Assembly (NCBI GenBank): GCA_964016885.1
Contig: OZ024743.1
Coordinates: 242,978,001-243,042,000, forward strand
Reading direction: 5' to 3'
From: Eledone cirrhosa
Taxonomy: Eukaryota
Length of the DNA stretch: 64,000 nucleotides
The notes below the pieces were generated by a model. It was not told the DNA's origin and searched no databases. It saw only the letters and a list, made by a program, of their open reading frames with translations. Of this stretch, positions 11,771-23,249 are shown one piece after another (position 1 is the first letter of the stretch; every line of letters starts with the position of its first letter). The translations under genes were made by a program, and so were the position numbers.

Positions 11771-11848
11771 TAATATTGCTCTGGATATTGTCTATTGAGC
11801 TAATTTATTGAGAAGCACATAATTCTAACATATTCAATATGTCACATT

Positions 11849-11932
<84 letters not shown>

Positions 11933-11934
11933 GG

Positions 11935-12310
11935 GATCTCTGCTGTTACTGAGTGACCCAACTTCCCATGGGCACAAGCTGAAGATGAAGCATATGTAAA
12001 ATATGTACCACTCCACCCCACCAGCCTTTATACATACATCCAGTGAAGCCTCCAGCCCACACTGTAAAGTGATCATGATGGCAACACGGAAAAAAGCACC
12101 CAGCCCACGCTGTAAAGTGGTCGTCTAGGTGTCAGGGCAAAAAGCACCCAGTCCACACTGTAAAGTAGTTGTGTACGTCAAAAAGCACCACTGTAAAGTG
12201 GTCGTGAGGTTAGGACTAGGAAGGGCACTCAGCTGTAGCAAACAAGCCAAAATTGGTTCTGTATGAACAAGACATGGTCACCTGCCCTAACATTGATCAC
12301 AACAGGATAC
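11935..12310 (+). mobile_element. RTE 3'UTR with expanded AAAAAGCACCCAG.CCACACTGTAAAGTGG sub-repeats, truncated by the downstream insertion
   Basis: Matches 5500-5760 (CCCATGGG.ACAAGCTGAAG...). Four or five CACTGTAAAGT-type units instead of two. Confidence 0.8.
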
Positions 12311-12992
12311 CCCCCCCCCTCTTCCAGTCTGCGTGTGCCACCAACTCACTTACACCTTCCGCTGCTTTCCCTTCGTTCCAGCATTCTCACTCAGACCATC
12401 TTGACACACACACACACCAACACTCATACACACTCACGTACATGAACACTATTCCCACACACACAACTACACACACCAATACACTAACAGCCAACACTCA
12501 TATACACAATCAATACACACACGGTACAACCACAATATTTAACATACGTTCACACACACTTCTTTTCAGACACAGATACATCTACACATGCACAAACACG
12601 TATACACACACTTAACCCTTTGCCATTTCTTCCTGTACTTTGAGTACTTTTGCCGGCCCCCTCCCCTCTTCTCCCCTTTACCCCACACACACTACCACAT
12701 CCATGCCACCCCTACCCTCCACCCTGACTCCCCAGCCTATACCTCTACCACCCCCAACCCCTTTTATTTTTATTTTTACTTTCTATTTTTCCATTTTCTA
12801 TTTCTTACTTTTTAACTTCCCTCCTTACCCCCCCCCCTTACTCCTCCTCAAAGTTTCTGTTCTTTCCCTATCCAAACTTTCCTGATGAAGGACTTCTGTC
12901 TGAAACATTGAAACCTCCCCACTTCCAATAAGTGTGAACCTAATATACATGTGTACAATTGCGTCCTGTGTTTTGTTTGTTCAATTATATAT
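12310..12992 (+). mobile_element. Penelope-like element 3'/pLTR remnant with hammerhead-like motif
   Basis: CA- and CT-rich low-complexity body, then CTGATGA-A-GGAC-ttct-GTCT-GAAAC at 12882-12906 and a T-rich tail. A related minus-strand copy is at ~24775-24960. Confidence 0.5.
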
Positions 12993-12994
12993 AG

Positions 12995-14670
12995 TCTGCT
13001 TTTCCATGCTGGCATGGGTTGGACAGGTCCTTCTCAGCATGGCATTTCTCCACTTCTCACATTCCTTCATCATCTCTGCCAATCTTAGCAATTTAGGTCC
13101 GCTCTCACAACCTCTGCCCAGGTCTTTCTTGGTCATCCTCTACTGCGGCTTCCTTCCACTGGGATTTCCTGGTATTTCTTCATCCATTGGTCATTGTCCA
13201 TGTGCATCACATGTCCATACCAATGCAGTCTTCTCTCCTGCACACCATCTCAGATTCCCCTTAAACCCAGCTTCTCCCTTAGCTTGACCAAGCTCTGCTT
13301 TTCTTTCACATTTACATTGCACAACCAATGAAACATAGTTACTTTATTTCTCTCCAGTTTACGCATGTCCTCTGCAGTCACAGCCTATGTTTTACTACCA
13401 TGTAGCACCACATGTTCTCTGCAGTCACAGCCTATGTTTTACTACCATGTAGCACCACATGTCCTCTGCAGTCACAGCCCATGTTTTACTACCATGTAGC
13501 ACCACATGTCCTCTGCAGTCACAGCCTATGTTTTACTACCATGTAGCACCACATGTCCTCTGCAGTCACAGCCTATGTTTTACTACCATGTAGCACCACA
13601 AGTCCTCTGCAGTCACAGCCTATGTTTTACTACCATGTAGCACCACACGTCCTCTGCAGTCACAGCCTATGTTTTACTACCATGTAGCACCACATGTCCT
13701 CTGCAGTCACAGCCCATGTTTTACTACCATGTAGCACCACAAGTCCTCTGCAGTCACAGCCTATGTTTTACTACCATGTAGCACTACATGTCCTCTGCAG
13801 TCACAGCCTATGTTTTACTACCATGTAGCACCACAAGTCCTCTGCAGTCACAGCCTATGTTTTACTACCATGTAGCACCACAAGTCCTCTGCAGTCACAG
13901 CCTATGTTTTACTACCATGTAGCACCACATGTCCTCTGCAGTCACAGCCTATGTTTTACTACCATGTAGCACCACAAGTCCTCTGCAGTCACAGCCTATG
14001 TTTTACTACCATGTAGCACCACAAGTCCTCTGCAGTCACAGCCCAAGTTTTACTACCATGTAGCACCACATGTCCTCTGCAGTCACAGCCTATGTTTTAC
14101 TACCATATAGCACCACATGTCCTCTGCAGTCACAGCCTATGTTTTACTACCATGTAGCACCACAAGTCCTCTGCAGTCACAGCCTATGTTTTACTACCAT
14201 GTAGCACCACAAGTCCTCTGCAGTCACAGCCTATGTTTTACTACCATGTAGCACCACATGTCCTCTGCAGTCACAGCCTATGTTTTACTACCATGTAGCA
14301 CCACATGTCCTCTGCAGTCACAGCCCATGTTTTACTACCATGTAGCACCACATGTCCTCTGCAGTCACAGCCCATGTTTTACTACCATGCAGCATTGCGC
14401 ACCACACACAGGCATCATTCAGCCTTCCCTTTGTATGTAGGGAGAAACCTTTTATTCTAGCTATTATACTCTCAGCGCACCCTCCTCTGCTGAATATTAG
14501 GACACCTAGATAGCAGAAGCTATCAACCACATCTATCGATCTTTCCTGTGACTGGAAAAGGTGGTTTATACCATTAGCACTCTTCCTCTCAATTTCTCCT
14601 GTGCATCTTCTACAAGCAAAGTTCTCCCTTCCTGTTAGATTACTCGTTATCCAACTACATCTATTGTGTC
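12995..14670 (-). mobile_element. 5'-truncated RTE LINE (end of PHD insert, RT thumb and C-terminus, short 3' end)
   Basis: ORF 14318-14695 has HNRCSWIT..FACRRC..VVDSFCYLG..MLHGSKTW. WYGHVM is at ~13205-13225. The 3' motif GACCTGTCCAACCCATGCCAGCATGGAAA is at ~13000-13030. Confidence 0.9.
13364..14394. repeat. 47-bp minisatellite, 22 copies, derived from RTE ORF2
   Basis: Unit TCCTCTGCAGTCACAGCCTATGTTTTACTACCATGTAGCACCACATG. TCTGCAGTCA recurs at 13371, 13418 and on to 14358 (21 x 47). Confidence 0.97.
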
Positions 14671-14704
14671 CATATATATACACAGACACACACACACATA
14701 TATA

Positions 14705-14745
<41 letters not shown>

Positions 14746-14747
14746 TA

Positions 14748-15628
14748 TATCATCATCATCATTATCGTTGCTATAATGTCTGCTTTTCTTGCTAGCAAGG
14801 GTTGGATGGGCCCATACAGACGAAGTCAGTACTGAAGCGAAGCCACTGATCTCCCACGCAGGCCTGGGATTTGTGCTTCACTTATGTATGGTCTCATGTT
14901 CTATCAAGTGCTCAGGTTTTCATGCCTTTAACACAACTGAGGATCCGCCCATCCCTTTATTTGGCAAGACGCCCTTCCTATCACTAACCACTTTACAGTG
15001 TGTACTGGGTGCATTTATCTTGTAAATCACCAATACTTGTGAGGTTGTCATGCCCTTGACATGACTGAAGGGTCCTCTCGACCCTTTGTATGGCAAATTT
15101 TCTAGATGCCCTTCCTATCACCAACAACTTTACAGCGAGTACTAGGTGCATTTATTGTGTAGATCATCAACACTAGTAAGGCTATCATGTCCATGATACA
15201 ACTGAAGGGTCCTACTAACACTTTGTTTGTTTGTCAAGCTCTCCATGGTTGAAAGCCCTTCCTATCACTAATCACTTCAGTGAGGGGCAGCTGCTAGGAA
15301 TGTGTGTGTGTGTGGGGGGGGGGGGGGTAGTGAAGTTGAGAATACCTTTTAGGTAGTGCTAGTGGAAGTAGGAGGGGGAGGTGATGTCACATTGTATGCT
15401 ACACGGTCAGGACTTCAGCACTGCATAGTACCAACCCTCACATCTTTAGTCATTTCTGTTATAAGGTTTAGCTTTTTATGGTTGGTCTTCACAACCTCAT
15501 CCCATGTCTCCCTGGGACTACCTCTTCCATGGGAAACAGCGACTGGGGTTTCTCTGCATTTCTTTATGCAGCTGCCATCTTCCATGCACATCACATGTCC
15601 ATACCAACTGCAATCTTCTCTCTCGCTC
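14748..15628 (-). mobile_element. RTE LINE 3' end whose 3'UTR carries ~3 tandem ~140-bp units
   Basis: ORF 15415-15630 has WYGHVMCM..GRGSPRETW. GCCCTTCCTATCA recurs at 14971, 15108 and 15255. A (CAT)n tail at ~14748-14765. Confidence 0.8.
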
Positions 15629-16056
15629 ACTAAAACCTGTTTTCCCCTTAGTTTGTAAATTGTTTTAATTTAAGCCTGGCTAGTTACTGTTCCATATGCA
15701 AATGAGTTTCATCAGCTCATAAACATAAGCAGAAATGTTTAAGATTCTAGCTTATTTTAGCCCCAGTAGAAGTGGGAATATGTGAGGGCTGGATGTTCTG
15801 TGATACCAACATAACTTTATATATATATATGTGTATAGATATATAAAATAATTAAGTCAAATTTGTAAAATTTGACTTCGTTTATTATAAATTAAAAATT
15901 ACTGCTATATATATTTCGGTGACAGACATCATTGGCTGTAACCTCTTCAGGCAGTCCGAATTGGTGTGGGAAAGACAGGTACACATGTTGTTGAAGTGTG
16001 GTTTACTCCGTCAATACATCGATATGTCCAGCTCTTGGGTGTGTTGTTATTATATA

Positions 16057-18035
16057 TCATCATCATTATCATCATCTTCGTTTAACGTCCATTTTCCACG
16101 CTAGCATGGGTTAGACGGGAGTTGTCCCACTTGAGGCAAGGTTGGTCGGGTGACCGTGTCTCGCTCATATAGGACTATCTGGCAGGTTTTCTACGGTTGG
16201 ATGCCCTTCCTAACACCAACCACATTTACAGTCTGGAACTGGGAACTTTTTACCGTGTTACCTACACGGCCACATTACAGTGTGGAATGTGTGTTTTTTT
16301 CTCGTGACACCTACACGATCTCGATCTCGATCTCATTTATCTCATTTATTTGGACTCGATGTTGTGGTACCAACTTTATAGAGAGAGGGTGGTGTTGGTG
16401 GGAGTGGGAGGATAGGGTAGGGGTAGTGGATTGGGGTGTATATTTGGTTAAGAGGTGCCTACTGACTGTAGGTTTCGCTTTGTAGATAGGCAAGGCGGTC
16501 TTCTGTATTATTGCGTAGCGCCAAAGATCTCGGTCCAGTGACATTGTCTTAGAGAGGTGCAAGTGTCTAAGGTCGGAATTTATCAGATCGTCCCAGGTGT
16601 TTCTGGGTCTATCTACTCCGTAACTACCATCAATTTTGATCGCCCTGCACTTTTTATACAGCTGTCGTCTTTCATGCGCATCACGTGGCCATACCAACGT
16701 AGTCTTCTCTCGAGTAAACAGCATCTGATCCCTCTTATTCCTAATTTCTCACTTAGTTCATTTATGCTTTGCCGTTCACGTATATTACTATTACACATCC
16801 AACGGAGCATGTATGCTTCGTTCCTTTCCAGTCTACGCAGGTCCTCTGCACGCAATGCCCATGTCTCACTGCCATGTAGCATTGCTGTTCATATACAAGC
16901 ATCATACAATCTGCCTTTCATTTTTAGAGAGAAGCCCTTTGTGGCCAACAGCGGTATAGGCTCTCTGAACTTTTTCCATCCCGTTCTGACTCTGGCTACT
17001 GTACTTTCAGAACCCCCTCCACCACTGCTGATTTCGTCACCCAGGTAACGGAAAGTGTCTACTATTTCTATAGAATCATCTGGGCAATAGAAGCGGCTAG
17101 TATCCTGTGAACACTTGCTACCTATTGCACTTGAGCATCGGCCACATATGAAGTCTACGTTCTTAGATAGTTTACCTGTGATCCCACTACATCTTTTATG
17201 TACCCATACTTTGCATTTGGGACATAAAATTGAATTTCTGCCTACTCCTTTCCTGCACACTGAGCAAGGCCATTTCCCTGAGGGTACCTGTGCCTTATTT
17301 TCCTTTCTACAAACTAGGACTTTAGTCTTAGACAAGTTAACTTTAAGGTCTTTTGATTCTAGGCCATGCTTCCGTGTTTGGAATTTCTTTTCTAGTTCAG
17401 CCATTGATTCAGCTATGAGCGTTAGATCATCTGCGTATAGGAGTTTCCATGGGCAGCCGGTCTTGAACAACTCTGTTATAGCCTGAAGGGCAATAATAAA
17501 TAAGAGGGGGCTAAGGACAGAGCCTTGGTGAACACCAAATGTTATACTAAATTTTTCACAATATTCATTGTTAATTCTAACCTTACTGACTGTTTCATTA
17601 TACATAGCTTGTATAGCTCTCACAAGCCATTCATCTACACCTAGTTTTCTAATAGCCCACCAGATAATGGAGCGGGGGACTCTGTCAAAGGCTTTTTCCA
17701 GGTCTATAAAAGCTAAGTAGAGGGGTTTACTTTTAGCTAGGTACTTCTCTTGTAGTTGTCGTACAAGGAAAAGAGCGTCTGTGGTACTTTTACCTGATAC
17801 AAACCCAAACTGCATTTCATCTAGACCAATTCGCTCTCTGATTAGTTGCGCTATAACTCTTTCTGTGATCTTCATGACCTGGTCAACTAACTTAATGCCT
17901 CTATAGTTTCCTCTATCTAGAGCATCTCCTTTACCCTTGTAGCAGTTAATGATGATGCTGCTACGCCAGTCTTTTGGTATGACCCATTCTGTATTACTTG
18001 GTTAACTATACGGGTGACCATAGTATGTATCACCA
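16057..18035 (-). mobile_element. Relatively young 5'-truncated RTE LINE
   Basis: Continuous RT, C-terminus, 3'UTR and (GAT)n tail, with a premature stop at 16889 and a frameshift near 16650. Confidence 0.95.
16470..18010 (-). pseudogene. RTE ORF2 reverse transcriptase (disrupted) with an in-frame PHD zinc finger at 17135-17272
   Basis: QFGF, FIDLEKAFDRV, GVHQGSVLSPLLF, LYADD (YADD at 17426-17437), KVNLSKTK, then C-x2-C...C-x2-C-x4-H-x2-C...C-x2-C, then FRYLG, HGSETW and LRWYGHVMR. Confidence 0.93.
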
Positions 18036-18079
18036 TATATATATATATATATATAGTTAGCGGTAACTGGTATGTCCCA

Positions 18080-18151
<72 letters not shown>

Positions 18152-18166
18152 TGATACATACTATGG

Positions 18167-18200
<34 letters not shown>

Positions 18201-18260
18201 TGATACATACTATGGTCATATATATATACATATATATATATGGTGATACATACTATGGTC

Positions 18261-18306
<46 letters not shown>

Positions 18307-18325
18307 CGGTAACTGGTATGTCCCA

Positions 18326-18408
<83 letters not shown>
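18036..18408. repeat. (TA)n tract interleaved with short templated modules
   Basis: TGGTGATACATACTATGGTCA three times (18149, 18198, 18241) and AGTTAGCGGTAACTGGTATGTCCCACCA twice (18055, 18301), separated by TA runs. Confidence 0.9.
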
Positions 18409-18412
<4 letters not shown>

Positions 18413-18907
18413 GCGACGTGGTTAGTCAGTCTGGTCACTACTTCTGATCAGATCCGAGAATAGCCCTTAGAAGGACTGTTATCGCATACGGTCTGATCAG
18501 ATCTGAAGATAGCCCTTAAAAGGACTGTTGTCGCATATAGCCCTTAAAAGAACTGTTGAGGATGGACAGACGAAAGCACAAGTTGGAAGGACGAAACAAG
18601 GCGAGATGTAAATTCGATCAGCTATTTATTTTCACATGAAGCGACGATACTAGGTACAAGGCGTGTGTGAGTGACAAAGCGTGGCAGAGGCAGGGGACAA
18701 CGATACGCGAGTTGACTCTGCCAAATGTCGACTGGCGAAGTGTTTGGAACCACTCTATTTATACAGAAATAATCGTTTGATGTTTAGCCGCTGTGTAGGC
18801 GTTTATTCTAGTAGCTTCTAAGGGTTCTTTTGATTCACGGTGAGGTAGCTAGCTAACAGGTAGATGGCGCTGTATATTTCACAGATGTTATTTCCGGTGG
18901 CTGTACA
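18409..18907 (-). repeat. 3' LTR
   Basis: Direct repeat of 23250-23748 with ~24 substitutions by manual count (~5%). Minus-strand TATAAATA at ~18756-18763 and AATAAA at ~18625. Preceded on the minus strand by purine-rich GGCAGGGGACTAA (PPT-like). Confidence 0.97.
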
Positions 18908-19835
18908 TTAGTCCCCTGCCAGATCTTTTGTACAACAAAAGAGCGAAATATCGTATAGTAATGGGCCAGTGGTGCATTTGTCATGACAATAGCCCCAGGA
19001 GTGTCCAACACGTTATGAAATTTTGTGATCATGGAGTACAGGACAGAGTCGATGTAGAGATGATATGGCAAGATGTGTGTGTGTCAGGAAGAGAAAAAAG
19101 AAATAAACTATAAAATGACTTTGACCAGATTTATGCAGGCGTGATGAATGAGCCTGTTGCAATTTGGGTTGAGCTGCCTGTGAATTGCGTGACAAAAAGT
19201 CTAACTGGGCAGTGAAGATAACCGTAATGTGTGAATTGAATGGCCGTAAGCATGCTGCCTAAAAGTAACAGTTTGCTCCACAGCATATGACTTGAGCGAA
19301 TGCATGTGGTAAAAAAATAGCGAGGCATTCTCGAGCTATTGAGTGAATGTGTACGTGAAAAAAGAAGGCCAGTGTTTTGAGGATGCGATTTGTGAAATGC
19401 GTGATCAAAGAGAAAACATTTTGTAGTGTAAGAGGGACACAAATATCTATTGCTCCGTGTATGAACCAAAAGGTGAAACAAACGTAGTATTGTAGTGTGC
19501 ATGACAAACAGAGTATGTACACGCCTTGTATGTATATAAAAATTATGGCAATTACACAATCAATGTTACAGAACAAGAAAAATAAAATTTTTTGCAAAAC
19601 AAGAGAGAGAAGAAAAAAAATGTTATACACAATGATATACACAATGTTTGTTCTTAAATAGAGTTTGTAATAAATAATGTTCATAATAAATAATGTTCTT
19701 CGTGACATGAGCACATGGTCACTAAAAATTACAATTGTTCAAGCAGAAAGTTCATTGTATTTGAAACTGGAAATAGTAAACGCAAGAAAAATGGAAATGT
19801 TTTGCACGAAGAATGATTAAGAAACTCACTTGAGG

Positions 19836-20950
19836 TTAACGGTAATTCACATATTGTGCCAACTTGGCGGGCCAATGGACGCGTCGTCCACTTCTCGTGA
19901 CTGGAGATGAAACAGGTGGCTCGCTGGGACAGCAATCTGTTGGAGTTTCTGGTGTAGAGACTAACAGTATCCATGATGGCTTTTTTTTTAATCTGTCCAC
20001 GCTGACAGAATTCTGTTTACCATCTAGATCGAGAATAAAATATTTCGGATATTTTTTTAGAACACGATAAGGGCCAGAATATGGAGGTCGAAGATGAGCT
20101 GAGATGGTGTCGTTTCGAACGAAAACGTGTGTCCAATCTTTAATGTCTGAAGGTACGTGTGTGGCCGTGTTCTGTTGACGGGTGCTTGTAGGAGCAAGGT
20201 GAGACATATATTGTCGAAGACGGTGTACGTATGATCCTGGGTCTGGAACATCCTGAGGAGAGATGGGAGCAACCATCTGACCAGGTAGAACCAGGGTGGT
20301 GCCGTACACTAATTCTGCAGGTGTGTGTCCGAATTCCTCCTTAACGATGGATCGAATGCCCAGAAGGATGAGTGGTAGGTATTCAAACCAGTGGGTCTTG
20401 TCTGGATATGCTTTTATTGCAGCTTTCAATTGGCGATGGAATCTTTCCACGAGACCATTAGCTTGCGGGTGATAAGCTGTCGTGCGGATGTGTTTACATT
20501 CTAACAGGCGAGTCAGTTCCCTGAAGAGGTGGGAGTCAAACTGGTGTCCTCTGTCCGTTATCTTCGCTGGGGCGCCATAACGTGATACGCAGTGTAAAAC
20601 CAAAGTTTTAGCGACTGTTTCCGCTGAGGTATCATTTATGGGAAAAGCCTCAGGTGAGCAAGTGTGTGTAGTTCTGTGATGGTGGTAGAGGTCCGACGAT
20701 GTCAATATGCACATGATGAAAACGTGCATCAGGTTACGCGAATGTGCCGAGTGGAGTTTTGATGTGTCTGTGGACTTTGGCTTTCTGGCAGGCACTGCAG
20801 CTCCTGGACCAGTCGCGCACGTCCTTGTTAATGTTAGTCCACACAAAACGAGCAGAGATGAGTTTCTGTGTAGCCCGGATTCCCGGGTGAGACAAGCAGT
20901 GTAAAGCAGAAAAAACTTGTCGACGATGCATCTGTGGTACGTACGGTCGT
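19836..20950 (-). pseudogene. Gypsy integrase (disrupted)
   Basis: HHCC (HCLSHPG...CSAC), a stop at 20734, then [12 protein letters not shown] small deletion removes the usual 'DRFTRW' segment. [28 protein letters not shown] and a GPY motif follow. Confidence 0.92.
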
Positions 20951-22400
20951 TCATGACTGGTAGAAAAGTCGCACCAAATTTGTCCCGGAGAAGAAGGAAT
21001 GGGAACTTGTTGAAACTTGAGGGATGGCGAATCTCGGAGCTTAATAAACTCTTGGTCAGCTGCGATCTGTTGAAGGTCGATGCCTGAATGCATATGTATT
21101 GCGTTCAGCTGGATTCGGGACAGGGCGTCGGCTGATACGTTGTCTGATCCCTTGATATGCCGAATATCAGATGAATATTGGGAGACAAAATCCAGGTGTT
21201 GGAGTTCTCTCGGTGAATGTCGATCAGGCTTGGTACGGAACGCATAAACTAATGGTTTATGGTCCGTGTAGATCACGAAATCTGATCCTTCGAGCATGTG
21301 CCGAAAATGCTTAACCGAAAGATAAGTTGCCAAGAGTTCGCGGCCAAAGGTACTGTATTTCGTTTCTGCCGGTTGCAACCGCTTAGAAAAGAAGGATAAG
21401 GGTTACCACACGCCGTCGACATGTTGTTGTAAAACGCCTCCAACCCCCGTGTCTGATGCGTCCACTAGCAGCGAAAGAGGAGCGCCAGACCTGGGGAAAA
21501 CGCGCATGGAAGCGTTTGCCAACATTTCCTTCAGGCGGTTAAAAGATGTTAATTCTTCCTCGTTTAGAGTGATCTGTCCGTTTTTGCGAGTCCGGTTACG
21601 AAGAAGGTTCTTGAGGAGTCTGGCTACGTCGGAACAATGAGGGATAAAACGCCTATAAAAATTCACCAGACCAAGGAATTCACGCAGTTTCCGAAGTGAT
21701 GTAGGTGCGGGAAAACCGCGGATAGCTTCCACTTTCTCGGGAAGTGGACGGATGCCGTCTTTATCGATGATGTGCCCGAGAAAGGACAGTGAAGGAATGC
21801 CGAGAAGGTACTTGCTGGGGTTGATAATGATACCGTACTCAGCCAAACGTTGGAAAAGGAGATCTAAGTGCTTCTCGTGCTCTTGCTCGGAAGTACTTGC
21901 TACCAGCACGTCGTCAATATACGCGTATACGAAGGGTAGATCGCGTAACACGGTGTCAATAAACCGCTGAAAAGTGTGTGCAGCGTTGCTCAGACCGAAC
22001 GGCATTCGCAGGAATTCGAATAAACCGAACGGCGTTGTGATTGCGGTCTTCGGAATATCTGCAGGCTCCATAGGTATTTGGTTGTATGCACGCACCAAAT
22101 CTATCTTGGAAAAGATGCGTGCGCTTTGCAGAGAGGCAGAAAAATCGTGCAGGTGAGGTACAGAGTAATTATCGGGCACTGTAGAATTGTTAAGTGCACG
22201 ATAATCCTCACATGGTCGCCAATTATTCTCGTTTTTTTTTAGGAACAAGGTGTAGGGGTGCAGACCAGTTGCTGGAGGAAGGGCGAATGATTCCGAGGTC
22301 CAGCATGTGTTGGAACTCCTGCTTGGCAATTCTCAATCGGTCTGGAGGCAGTCTCCTTGGTCGGGCAGCTGTGGCTGGTCCTCTTGTCTCGATGTGGTGC
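20951..22400 (-). pseudogene. Gypsy reverse transcriptase-RNase H (disrupted)
   Basis: [54 protein letters not shown] and ADALSR. A frameshift at ~22235 and a stop at 21403. Confidence 0.95.
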
Positions 22401-23191
22401 GTGACACTATGCTTAATAGGACCATCCTTAAATACCGGGCGAGTGATGTCTGGGTATTTCTGGAGAATGCCGTTGTACCGCGAAGGCTCTGACTGGCAAA
22501 TTACAGGGCTCACTGTGGATTGCGTGGTAAATATACCTCTCACAGTGAGGTTTGTGGTGGTGTCAATAAGCCTCCGGTTCTTCATATCCACCAGAAGGTG
22601 GAAGTGGTGGAGAAAATCGGCTCCTAGGATAGGGGTCGGCAGGTCTGCCACAACGAACACCCATTGAAAACGCCGCCTCAGGCCTAAATTGAGGGTCAGT
22701 GATTTTTCCCCGAAAGTCGGAATTGACGATCGGTTCACTGCCTGCAGAAAGGACGGTGTTGGGTGTCTTTTGCCCGAGATTAGTGAAACAGGAATAACAC
22801 TAACCTGGGCTCCTGTATCCACGAGGTAATGGATGTCTGTCGCCTGGTCGTTAATAAAAAATAGACGACTTTTCTTTTCAGTACCAGGGGTGAACGTCGT
22901 CGCTAGGCCCTGGGTGGTATTCCGGAAAGAGCACGGGGCTTTGCACTTAGATGCCTGTGCGCCGAAATTTGTGTGATACCAGCAGAGGTTGCCAGACACA
23001 CGATTTTGACTGGGACTACTGGATCTTCGACTGTGAAAAGGCCTGGATCGATTGTTGCTGCGTCGCCGGTATGTTTGAAAGGTCAGGTTCTCTACTTGAT
23101 TTGAGAGGGCTTTAATTTGACCAGCTCGCTCTCTGATCATAGCCCGCAGCTCTGAAATCTCGGCCTCTGTCGTTAGTTGCGACATGTCCAT
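22223..23191 (-). pseudogene. Gag C-terminus, aspartic protease and start of RT
   Basis: CWYHTNFGAQASKCKAPC Cys/His motif, protease LVDTGAQVS and ILGADFL, then [20 protein letters not shown]. Confidence 0.92.
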
Positions 23192-23230
23192 GTTGTTATC
23201 TTCTTAGGTGCTGTCTGGTTGCGCGTTCGA

Positions 23231-23247
23231 CTCACCTCGGGTCACCA
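23231..23247 (-). promoter_or_regulatory. Primer-binding site, probably tRNA-Trp
   Basis: TGGTGACCCGAGGTGAG lies 2 nt inside the 5' LTR and resembles the complement of the tRNA-Trp 3' end (TGGTGACCCCGACGTGA). Confidence 0.75.
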
Positions 23248-23249
23248 AT

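Noticed and set aside
16557-17486. Plus-strand ORFs antisense to the RTE RT (also those antisense to Gypsy pol)
   Set aside because: Shadow ORFs of the minus-strand transposon coding sequence with no independent motifs.
18853-19974. Possible env or accessory ORF in the Gypsy 3' region
   Set aside because: Short overlapping ORFs with non-ATG starts, low-complexity AT-rich composition and no recognisable signal peptide/fusion/TM architecture.
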